Shown: one piece after another, positions 8,105 through 15,142 of the stretch | How positions within the stretch are numbered: position 1 is the stretch's first letter | How the letters are laid out: each line of letters begins with the position of its first letter | Source: Candidatus Methanoperedens sp. | GTDB taxonomy: Archaea > Halobacteriota > Methanosarcinia > Methanosarcinales > Methanoperedenaceae | Assembly: GCA_041494705.1 (NCBI GenBank) | Contig: JBGQBI010000005.1 | Location: 150,001-182,000, forward strand | Reading direction: 5' to 3' | Length of the DNA stretch: 32,000 bases | Program-made: the position numbers and the translations under genes | The notes under the pieces: generated by a model | What the model saw: only the letters and a program-made list of their open reading frames with translations | Databases searched by the model: none | Told to the model about the DNA's origin: nothing

Positions 8105-10239
8105 AGCAACCCATCAAGTTCTTGATTTAAGGTACTGATTGTTTTAACAACATCCTCGAATTTTTCTTTAAACTCTTCAAGCGTCAATATGATTTCTTCT
8201 TCTTCAATTCCAAGTTTTATTTTCTCTTGTTTTGTCCACCATCTATCAATAGACCAATGTTCATCTGGATTAAATTTTTCAATAGGCTGTATCCTACATC
8301 TTGGGTCATCTATTGTAAAGTTATTTGGGCTTCCCTTATACTGGTTAAATAAATTTTTTGCTTTGTCCAAATCATTCTCTTCAATCTCAAATCTCTTTAT
8401 ATCCAGCGTTTCGCCAATGTTTGAAACCAAATAAGTAAATACTGGAAAATCTTGATTTTGATTTTCGTTCTCTTTTTTTGTTATACCTAAGATATAGGTC
8501 TTTTGTGGGGTGTTAAAGAAGGTCTTAACAGGCAAAGAGATAATGCAGTTAATAAAACATTTTTGTTTAATTTCTTTCCTTAATATATTATTGGCGGATA
8601 TATTGAATACGCCATCGGGTAGGATTACAAATGCTGACCCGCCTTTTTTAAGATTTGATATAATCCATTTCAAACAAAGACCTTGAACACCATGCCCGCT
8701 ATCTGCATAAAATTCGCTTAAACCCTCCTCTTCTATTTGTTTCCGTATCGTCGCAACGCCACTTGTAATATACGGAGGATTAGTCATGATTAAATCTGGT
8801 TTATCTTCTTCTTTTTCTAAAATAATTCTTAGTGAACCGAGATTAGAGTCTGATAGAAAATGGAATGTGTCATTTATAATTCTTTCAAATTCCTTGTTTA
8901 ACGTCGGATTCTTTTCAACTACATCTGAAAAATAAATGAGCATATTTGCCTTTGCCAAGATTATTGTTCTTCTTTGTTCATCATTATCTTCTCTTCCAGT
9001 ATCATATCCAAGCAACTTAACATTAGAATTTATCTTACCATTTTTGGGAATAAATCTGTTCTTTAAATTTGTGGATATTTGAAATGGCTCTAAAATGAAA
9101 CCACCGACACCGCAAAAAGGGTCACAGATAAAACTTACTTTATCAATGTCCGCCATTTCTACTATTGCTTTAACAACTTTTCTCGGTGTAAAGAACTGTC
9201 CCAATTTACTTTTATCTTTGCTTTGTTTTAGGAAGGTCTCAAATAACTTTGTTTTGAATTCCTTTTTTATATTTCTCAGGTCTCCAAATTTAGCATATTT
9301 TTCAATTGTATCCCTGAATAGGGTTGCTTGCGATAAAACTGGCGTTCCATCACGATTTACAAAAATAGTTCCGTTGATAATTCCAGTTCCGTCGTCTCCT
9401 GCGTTAAATAATTCTTTTATCTTTTTCCTGCCTTTTGTGGCGTAGTGTTCCAAAACCTCTTTGTTGGGATACCCTTCTTCATACATTTTAATTAAATGGT
9501 CAAAGCTATAATCCCTCTTCAGAACGCCCAAATCACTCAAAAACTTGAAGATAAATATTTCAACTACATTGTATAAACAAGCGGTAGGGTTGTCTTTTGT
9601 GCTGATATAAATGCTTTGCCAAACGCTTTTAGCAAGGGGCGTAGGGTCTGTTTTTTCAGTTGCTTTTAATATAGAATTAGAAGGGTTTGTCTCACTCAGA
9701 ATCCTTTCTATTAGCTGATATGTTTCTTTCGTTTCGTCGTCAAATTTATCAATATCTGTCTGATTTATTTCACTGATGTGAAACTTCTTTTGAAGTTTTT
9801 GTTTATCATCATTGAGAATAAATGAGTAACTTCTTTTTGTGTTGTTTGTTCTATCTGTGTATTCGTTCTTCTGTTCTAAATTATTTGGATTAATCCAATG
9901 TGTTACAATACCGTCTGTTATAATACCTATTTTTGCTTCTAACACCTGGCATAGGTCATTACACTGCTCCACAGCCTCTTTTTTTTGCTTATCTGTTTGA
10001 AACTCTTTCGGTTTTTTATATTCTAATAAAGCAATCACTTGTGGACTTGTTTTATTCCTTCTATCGACTAATAATCCGTCCGGTCTCCTGTCTTCATAAT
10101 CTCCATAACCTTTGTTTTGAATTATCTTTGCATGTTTGTATTGTTTTATTGTCGTTGAATGTAGCGGAAATAATTCGTATTCACCAATGGATATTCCTTT
10201 ATCAGTCAAGTTTCTTGATATTTGTTCTTCACTTGCCAT
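8101..10239 (-). CDS. fused PD-(D/E)xK nuclease / HsdM-like N6-adenine DNA methyltransferase (Type IIB BcgIA-like)
   Basis: 712 aa. The N-terminus has RPDGLLVD-x17-LLEYKKP, a PD...ExK pattern. The middle has an HsdM_N-like helical region. The MTase motifs are FFTPRKVV, motif I DPFCGVGGF and motif IV NPPY (LIMTNPPYITSG). Confidence 0.8.
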   Translation of the reverse strand: MASEEQISRNLTDKGISIGEYELFPLHSTTIKQYKHAKIIQNKGYGDYEDRRPDGLLVDRRNKTSPQVIALLEYKKPKEFQTDKQKKEAVEQCNDLCQVLEAKIGIITDGIVTHWINPNNLEQKNEYTDRTNNTKRSYSFILNDDKQKLQKKFHISEINQTDIDKFDDETKETYQLIERILSETNPSNSILKATEKTDPTPLAKSVWQSIYISTKDNPTACLYNVVEIFIFKFLSDLGVLKRDYSFDHLIKMYEEGYPNKEVLEHYATKGRKKIKELFNAGDDGTGIINGTIFVNRDGTPVLSQATLFRDTIEKYAKFGDLRNIKKEFKTKLFETFLKQSKDKSKLGQFFTPRKVVKAIVEMADIDKVSFICDPFCGVGGFILEPFQISTNLKNRFIPKNGKINSNVKLLGYDTGREDNDEQRRTIILAKANMLIYFSDVVEKNPTLNKEFERIINDTFHFLSDSNLGSLRIILEKEEDKPDLIMTNPPYITSGVATIRKQIEEEGLSEFYADSGHGVQGLCLKWIISNLKKGGSAFVILPDGVFNISANNILRKEIKQKCFINCIISLPVKTFFNTPQKTYILGITKKENENQNQDFPVFTYLVSNIGETLDIKRFEIEENDLDKAKNLFNQYKGSPNNFTIDDPRCRIQPIEKFNPDEHWSIDRWWTKQEKIKLGIEEEEIILTLEEFKEKFEDVVKTISTLNQELDGLL

Positions 10240-10242
10240 TTT

Positions 10243-10470
10243 TCATCTACCCCTATCCGCTTCCCAATATATCCGTGTTCCTCTTTTCCTTTTAATAACC
10301 CATCCCTTTGATTTAAACTCATCGAGATACTTTTCTGCCGTATTCCAAGAAACATTGGCTATATGGGATATTTGGGTTGTGTTGAGAGAATAATTGTGTT
10401 CAAGTAAAGCCTTTAAGATTCTTGATTCGGCAGGTTTCAACTGTGGTCTTGGTTTCGGCATTTTAATCAA
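10243..10470 (-). CDS. small winged-helix DNA-binding protein
   Basis: 75 aa. SRILKALLEHNYSLNTTQISHIANVSWNTAEKYLDEFKSKGWVIKRK is a wHTH pattern. Its stop lies 3 nt before the methylase ATG. Confidence 0.6.
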   Translation of the reverse strand: MIKMPKPRPQLKPAESRILKALLEHNYSLNTTQISHIANVSWNTAEKYLDEFKSKGWVIKRKRGTRIYWEADRGR

Positions 10471-10472
10471 TC

Positions 10473-10682
10473 TTATTCTTTTGTTAATTTCAAACTTTCA
10501 TTTTCAATCTTAATCTCTATCATATCCCCTGCCTTCCATTTGACTTTCTCAATAAATCCGGCAGGAATCCTTAGAGTATATTGCTTTGTGTGTTTTGCAT
10601 CGTAAATCAGCTTTACGGTTTTTTTAAGAGATGTCGGCTCTTTCAGTCCGATTTCTTCAACAACATCGTCTGGAATTGGCAT
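10473..10682 (-). CDS. SpoVT/AbrB-type (swapped-hairpin) DNA-binding protein
   Basis: 69 aa. YTLRIPAGFIEKVKWKAGDMIEIKIENESLKL resembles the AbrB/MazE-fold core. It is the first gene of the four-gene operon. Confidence 0.55.
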   Translation of the reverse strand: MPIPDDVVEEIGLKEPTSLKKTVKLIYDAKHTKQYTLRIPAGFIEKVKWKAGDMIEIKIENESLKLTKE

Positions 10683-10693
10683 ATTATAACTAA

Positions 10694-10736
10694 TAGTCTA
10701 TTTTCATATATAAATATATGTTTTTAGTCTATTTTC
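10694..10736. promoter_or_regulatory. divergent promoter with two perfect 12-bp direct repeats flanking a TATA-like box
   Basis: TAGTCTATTTTC at 10694-10705 and 10725-10736 brackets atatataaatatat (10706-10720). That box lies 24-38 bp upstream of the AbrB-like ATG, which suggests a leaderless or near-leaderless transcript. A partial third copy (GGTCTA) is at 10746-10751. TTTTAAATA at 10763-10771 is a plausible TATA box for the transposase. Confidence 0.5.
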
Positions 10737-10826
10737 TGTAAATATGGTCTAAAAACACATAGTTTTAAATACTATCGAGTGTAATTATGAATTATAAGAC
10801 TATAAACACATAATAAGGTGATTAAA

Positions 10827-12074
10827 ATGGATATGCGAAAGCTCAAAGGTGAACAAATAGCAAAAACGGGCAGGATTGTAAAGCTTGAAGATGGGTGGCA
10901 TGTGCCGTCACAGTCTGGAAAAGGGACATACATTGTATCGACAGCATCCTTGTTGTCAAAACCAAAATGCACCTGTCCTGACTATGAAACAAGGGGTTTA
11001 GTATGTAAACACATGTATGCAGTTGAAATTACCTTAAAAAAGGAATTTGAGGTTGATGAACATGGTAATACAACCATAACCGAGACTAAGAAAATCACCT
11101 ATTCCCAAAACTGGACTGCATACAATAAAGCCCAATGTAATGAAAAAGACATCTTCCAAAAACTTCTCTATGACTTATGCCAGCATATCCCACAACCTGA
11201 TTATGATTTTGGAAGACCGACATTACCTTTGAGTGACATGGTATTTTCATCTGCCCTGAAAGTCTATTCCACTTTCTCATTGAGGAGATTTGAAAGCGAT
11301 ATGAGACACGCAAATGGAAATGGGTATGTCAATAAAGCATGTTCTTATTCATCCGTGAGCAATTACATGAGAAAAACCGAATTAATCCCAATACTCCAAG
11401 ACCTTATCAAAATAAGCAGTTTGCCTCTTGCATCGGTTGAAACGGATTTTGCGGTTGATAGTTCGGGTTTTTCAACATCACGGTTTGCACGATATTTCAG
11501 TTTCAAGCACGGTAGGGATATGAAATACAGGACATGGATAAAGGCCCATATCGGTATCGGTGTTAAAACTAATATCGTGACAGGCGTTGAGATTACAGAA
11601 GAAAGTGAAAATGACAGCCCCCAGTTTAAGCCGTTGGTTGAAAAGACTGCCGAGAATTTCATAATCAATGAAGTATCTGCGGATAAAGCCTATTCAAGCA
11701 GGGATAACCTTGAAGTCGTGGAATCACTTGGCGGTACTGCGTTTATACCGTTTAAGAGCAATACAACAGGCAAACAGAGAGGTTCGTCAGTATGGGCTAA
11801 GATGTATCATTATTTCTTATACAATAAAGAGGAGTTTTTAGACCACTACCATAAGAGAAGTAATGTGGAAACAACATTCCACATGATAAAATCGAAGTTC
11901 AGGGATAACCTGAGAAGCAAGGATAAAGTAGCTCAGATTAATGAGTTGTTGTTAAAAATACTGTGCCATAATATCTGTGTGCTTATTCAGGAAACATTTG
12001 AGTTGGGGATTGAACCCCAATTCAATTTATCTATTCAACCACAGTCATGTTTAAAAAGTGCTGATTCTGTTTAA
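10827..12074 (+). CDS. transposase: N-terminal SWIM zinc finger plus IS4/IS5-type DDE domain
   Basis: SWIM pattern CTCPDYETRGLVCKH (CxC-x10-CxH). DDE region: FAVDSSGF, VSADKAYSS and YHKRSNVETTFHMIK (the Y-x2-R-x3-E-x6-K signature). I chose the ATG at 10827 because AGGTGAT (10816-10822) is a Shine-Dalgarno-like site 4 nt upstream. The track start is the GTG at 10818. Confidence 0.85.
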   Translation: MDMRKLKGEQIAKTGRIVKLEDGWHVPSQSGKGTYIVSTASLLSKPKCTCPDYETRGLVCKHMYAVEITLKKEFEVDEHGNTTITETKKITYSQNWTAYNKAQCNEKDIFQKLLYDLCQHIPQPDYDFGRPTLPLSDMVFSSALKVYSTFSLRRFESDMRHANGNGYVNKACSYSSVSNYMRKTELIPILQDLIKISSLPLASVETDFAVDSSGFSTSRFARYFSFKHGRDMKYRTWIKAHIGIGVKTNIVTGVEITEESENDSPQFKPLVEKTAENFIINEVSADKAYSSRDNLEVVESLGGTAFIPFKSNTTGKQRGSSVWAKMYHYFLYNKEEFLDHYHKRSNVETTFHMIKSKFRDNLRSKDKVAQINELLLKILCHNICVLIQETFELGIEPQFNLSIQPQSCLKSADSV

Positions 12075-12105
12075 AAAGTGAGATGGTTTTGGGACTTATT
12101 AAACA
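12048..12105 (+). repeat. right-end 12-mer array: two + copies plus one inverted terminal copy
   Basis: TGTTTAAAAAGT at 12048-12059 and 12068-12079, in + orientation, inside the last 9 codons of the transposase. ACTTATTAAACA at 12094-12105 is the inverted copy inside IR-R. Confidence 0.7.
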
Positions 12106-12110
12106 AAGCC
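12091..12110 (-). repeat. right terminal inverted repeat (IR-R)
   Basis: Its reverse complement matches IR-L at 19 of 20 positions, with the outer 17 perfect. Confidence 0.85.
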
Positions 12111-12119
12111 GTAAGCTGT
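12111..12119. repeat. target-site duplication, right copy (GTAAGCTGT)
   Basis: Identical to 6888-6896. It lies 10 nt from the kae1-bud32 stop codon. Confidence 0.8.
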
Positions 12120-12129
12120 CCTACCTTTG

Positions 12130-13752
12130 TCAAGCGTATCTTCCCCTGGATTCGATTTCCGCCACTCGCTCAAAGACTTTTCCTGCATCCTGGAAAGTCA
12201 TCGCGTATCCTTTCTTGAATGATTCTATGAGTTCTTCATGGTTCTCATGCGTGCTCTCAAACGTCTGGAAAAGCACATGTATATCCACGCCCCTTGATTC
12301 CAGCGTCTTATCAAGATATGCAAGACCAAAATCTATCAGGAATAGCTTTCCATCCTTATACAAAATGTTGGACGTGGTAAGGTCGCCATGAATAATCCCG
12401 CATGTATGAAGGCGCCCGATAAGCTTTCCTGTTTCTTCGGAAAGCGAGGGGTTCACTATATTTTTAAGCGCCGTTCCCTCGATATACTCCATCCGGATTT
12501 CAAAATCTGTAACGTCCCTGATTATCGGCGTGGGAACGCCGCATCTTCGCGCTTCGGAAATAAGCCTTGCCTCGGTTTTTGTCCTCTCCCTCCGGATACT
12601 CTCATCTATTTCTTTCAACCTGTAGCGCTTCTCTATCCTTGTCTTGATTATCGTATTTCCTTCAAGCGCTATCACCGCCTCGGCGCCGCTTGCGATTATC
12701 CCGGCGTGTTGGGGTATGCTTTGCATACCCCTCGACTTTGCTAAAGGTTTCAAACCTTTTTGATAAACCTTTCCCAAAGGTTTCCATGTCACAACCGCAT
12801 CGTCAGGTCTAAAGTTCGGATTAACCTTAGAATCCTCAATAGCTGTCCTGTATCCTGATTTATACATCAAGAGACCAAGATACGCTATCATGGCGCCGTT
12901 ATCCCCCATGAACCTTTTTTCCGGCACATAGAACTCGATACCCCGTTCCTCGCACATTATTTTAAGCATCTCGCGAAGACGCGAATTTGCGCCAACGCCG
13001 CCTGCAAGTAGAACCTCCCGCTTCCCGGTATGCGCCACCGCGCGTTCTGTCACTTCGACCAGCATCGCAAAAGCTGTTTCCTGGAATGAATGGCAGACAT
13101 CGGGCAATGAAGCGACTTTTACTGATTCCTGGGCTGCGGTAGTGAGACCTGAGAACGAAAAATCCATACCCTTTACGGTGTAGGGCAGCGGGATGTATTT
13201 TGTTGCTTTTTTGGCAAGCTCCTCGACTTTTGGTCCTCCAGGATGCGGCAATCCTACCGAGCGTGCGAATTTGTCAAGGGCATTCCCAATCCCGATATCA
13301 AGCGTCTCCCCGAATACCCTGTAATGACCTTTCCTGTACGCCAGCACCTGCGAATTTGCGCCGCTGACATAAAGAGTTACAGGGTCTAAAGCTTGCGTTT
13401 TCCACCTTCCCACCTCGATATGCGCGATGCAGTGATTGACTCCGATGAGAGGAACGCCAAGTGATAATGCAAGCGCCCTTGCAGCCGTAGCGACCGTGCG
13501 AAGACACGGCCCAAGCCCAGGTCCCTGTGAAAATGCCACCGCGCTTATCTCACCATTGCCTTTTTTCAGGGTTTCCCTTACTACTTCAGCGATGTGGTTT
13601 GCATGATGCTGCGCAGCTTCACGTGGATGGATGCCGCCTGTCTTTGGCATGTATGTGGCCGTGGTTTCCGCAATCACATCATCCTCATCAACAATCGCAG
13701 CGCTCAGATTCCATGCAGTTCCCTCAATTCCCAAGATAGAAATTTTTGACAT
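12130..13752 (-). CDS. kae1-bud32: fused Kae1 (tRNA t6A threonylcarbamoyltransferase) / Bud32 kinase
   Basis: 540 aa. The N-terminal half is ASKHA-fold Kae1 (LGIEGTAWNLSAAIV, GVNHCIAHIE, GGVGANSRLREM). The C-terminal half is Bud32-like (GAEAVI..., IIHGDLTTSNIL, LIDFGLA). Confidence 0.95.
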   Translation of the reverse strand: MSKISILGIEGTAWNLSAAIVDEDDVIAETTATYMPKTGGIHPREAAQHHANHIAEVVRETLKKGNGEISAVAFSQGPGLGPCLRTVATAARALALSLGVPLIGVNHCIAHIEVGRWKTQALDPVTLYVSGANSQVLAYRKGHYRVFGETLDIGIGNALDKFARSVGLPHPGGPKVEELAKKATKYIPLPYTVKGMDFSFSGLTTAAQESVKVASLPDVCHSFQETAFAMLVEVTERAVAHTGKREVLLAGGVGANSRLREMLKIMCEERGIEFYVPEKRFMGDNGAMIAYLGLLMYKSGYRTAIEDSKVNPNFRPDDAVVTWKPLGKVYQKGLKPLAKSRGMQSIPQHAGIIASGAEAVIALEGNTIIKTRIEKRYRLKEIDESIRRERTKTEARLISEARRCGVPTPIIRDVTDFEIRMEYIEGTALKNIVNPSLSEETGKLIGRLHTCGIIHGDLTTSNILYKDGKLFLIDFGLAYLDKTLESRGVDIHVLFQTFESTHENHEELIESFKKGYAMTFQDAGKVFERVAEIESRGRYA

Positions 13753-13790
13753 AAAGTTAAGAACCTAATTTTGTTAACATAAATATGAGC

Positions 13791-13854
13791 CTTCGCGTTC
13801 TCTGCGGCTTTGCGGTGTGCGTTTTTTCACCGCAAAGGCGCAAAGGTCGCAAAG
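13791..13854. repeat. long imperfect hairpin built from heptamer triplets (CGCAAAG x3)
   Basis: The right arm is cac-CGCAAAG-g-CGCAAAG-gt-CGCAAAG (13828-13854). The left arm is CTTCGCG-tt-CTCTGCG-g-CTTTGCG-gtg (13791-13817). The loop is tgcgtttttt. The inner 10 bp pair perfectly and I count about 22 of 27 positions pairable. Confidence 0.75.
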
Positions 13855-14008
13855 ATAGTTTAAGTTGTTTAGTTTTTGACATGATGTTTGCAAATGACTT
13901 CATTAAATTGATTTCTAAAATAAGTATCGCATAATTTTAAAAAAATTTTTTGATTTTATTATATCAGTAACCTTTACATAGAACGGAAACAATAAAGAGG
14001 AATGATGA

Positions 14009-14332
14009 GGTGTTATACTGAAGAAGCGAGAAAGTAGTAGCCAGCAGCCTGAAGAATTTACCAGGGTTCGCATTCCGCAAAAAAAGGCGAACGAACTACT
14101 GGGCACTGTAGAAAGTTTGCTGGGCGCCAATAAGCTCAGGGTCAGGTGCATGGATGGGGTTGTAAGACTCGCTCGAATTCCGGGGAAAATGAAAAAAAAT
14201 GTGTGGATCAGTGAAGGGGATGTCGTTATTCTGGTCCCATGGTCTTTCCAGAATGAAAAAGCCGATATCATCTGGAAATATAGCGGCCCTCAGGTAAACT
14301 GGCTTGAGCGAAAGGGATTTTTGAAAAGTTAA
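14009..14332 (+). CDS. eif1a: translation initiation factor aIF-1A (open frame; start codon unresolved)
   Basis: The track ORF starts at TTG 14117 (71 aa). The same frame is open back to 14009 and encodes EEFTRVRIPQKKANELLGTVESLLGANKLRVRCMDG, the conserved N-terminal part of the aIF-1A OB fold. No ATG, GTG or TTG lies in frame between 14009 and 14117. Confidence 0.8.
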   Translation, partial: GVILKKRESSSQQPEEFTRVRIPQKKANELLGTVESLLGANKLRVRCMDGVVRLARIPGKMKKNVWISEGDVVILVPWSFQNEKADIIWKYSGPQVNWLERKGFLKS

Positions 14333-14341
14333 GTTAATAGT

Positions 14342-15142
14342 ATGTCCAGGGATAAGCAGATTCAACGGATGGATGACAAAATCGATGAATTCCGTACGCG
14401 TATCAAGGATTCTGACCTGAGACAGGTTTTTGACGATGTTTTTGATAATGCCACGTTGATGGCTCTTTATGAACTTGCAAGAAAAGGTTACATCGACGCG
14501 ATAGGCGGGTCATTCAGCACTGGAAAAGAAGCAAATCTTTTCCATGCAGTTTCGAAAAAAGATGATACTTCTGAGATTGCCATAAAAATATACCTTATTT
14601 CCACTGCAAATTTTAATGCAATGAAAGATTATATCCTGGGAGACCCGAGGTTTGTCGGGATTAAACATAGCAGGAAAGATATAATTCTTGCATGGACTAA
14701 AAAAGAATATAAGAATCTCAAGCGGGCGGAAGAAGCGGGCGTGCGGGTTCCAAAACCATATATTACTAAAAGGAATATCCTGTTGATGGAGTTCATCGGA
14801 AAGGATGGCGTCCCGATGCCGCAATTAAAGGATGTAAAACTGACCATGGAGGAAGCGGAACATATTTTTAAAAAGATTGTCGAATATATGGGCCTCCTTT
14901 ATTCCAAAGCAAAACTTGTTCATGCCGACCTTAGCGAATATAATATTCTGGTTGACATGAATACTATGGAGCCTGTGATAATAGATATGGGACAGTCGGT
15001 TACAACCGACCATTACCATGCGGATATGTATTTGCGGCGCGATGTAACCAATATTGCAAGGTTTTTTAAAAAATTGAAGATTCAGGTAAATGAAGATGAG
15101 ATGATTTCGATAATAAAAAGTAATAAAGAGGAGAAAAAATGA
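14342..15142 (+). CDS. rio1: RIO-type serine protein kinase (Rio1; no N-terminal wHTH)
   Basis: 266 aa with STGKEANLFHA, LVHADLSEYNILV and IIDMGQSV. Confidence 0.9.
   Translation: MSRDKQIQRMDDKIDEFRTRIKDSDLRQVFDDVFDNATLMALYELARKGYIDAIGGSFSTGKEANLFHAVSKKDDTSEIAIKIYLISTANFNAMKDYILGDPRFVGIKHSRKDIILAWTKKEYKNLKRAEEAGVRVPKPYITKRNILLMEFIGKDGVPMPQLKDVKLTMEEAEHIFKKIVEYMGLLYSKAKLVHADLSEYNILVDMNTMEPVIIDMGQSVTTDHYHADMYLRRDVTNIARFFKKLKIQVNEDEMISIIKSNKEEKK

Larger units (their letters stand above)
6897..12110 (+). mobile_element. 5,214-bp transposon: DDE transposase plus a four-gene R-M-type cargo operon, bounded by TIRs and a 9-bp TSD
   Basis: IR-L is GGCTTTGTTTAATAAGTgCC (6897-6916). The reverse complement of 12091-12110 is GGCTTTGTTTAATAAGTcCC, giving 17/17 perfect and 19/20 overall. 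GTAAGCTGT flanks both ends. The interior is AT-rich relative to the flanks. It holds one transposase gene (10827-12074). Confidence 0.8.

Noticed and set aside
10772-10972. 66-aa minus-strand ORF overlapping the transposase start
   Set aside because: It is antisense to the SWIM-domain coding region and extends into the promoter. There is no support for it.
12083-12391. 102-aa plus-strand ORF starting inside the transposon's right end
   Set aside because: It crosses IR-R and the TSD and then runs antisense to kae1-bud32, so it is spurious.
12130-13752. The 69-118-aa ORFs on both strands within kae1-bud32
   Set aside because: They overlap a full-length, motif-rich 540-aa gene in alternative frames.
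14002-14053. C/D-box sRNA-like pattern: AUGAUGA (14002-14008), CUGA (14018-14021), CUGA (14050-14053)
   Set aside because: The C-to-D' spacer is only 9 nt against the usual 12 or so. No plausible C' box sits at the required position (aaagtag). The segment also overlaps the conserved aIF-1A coding frame.
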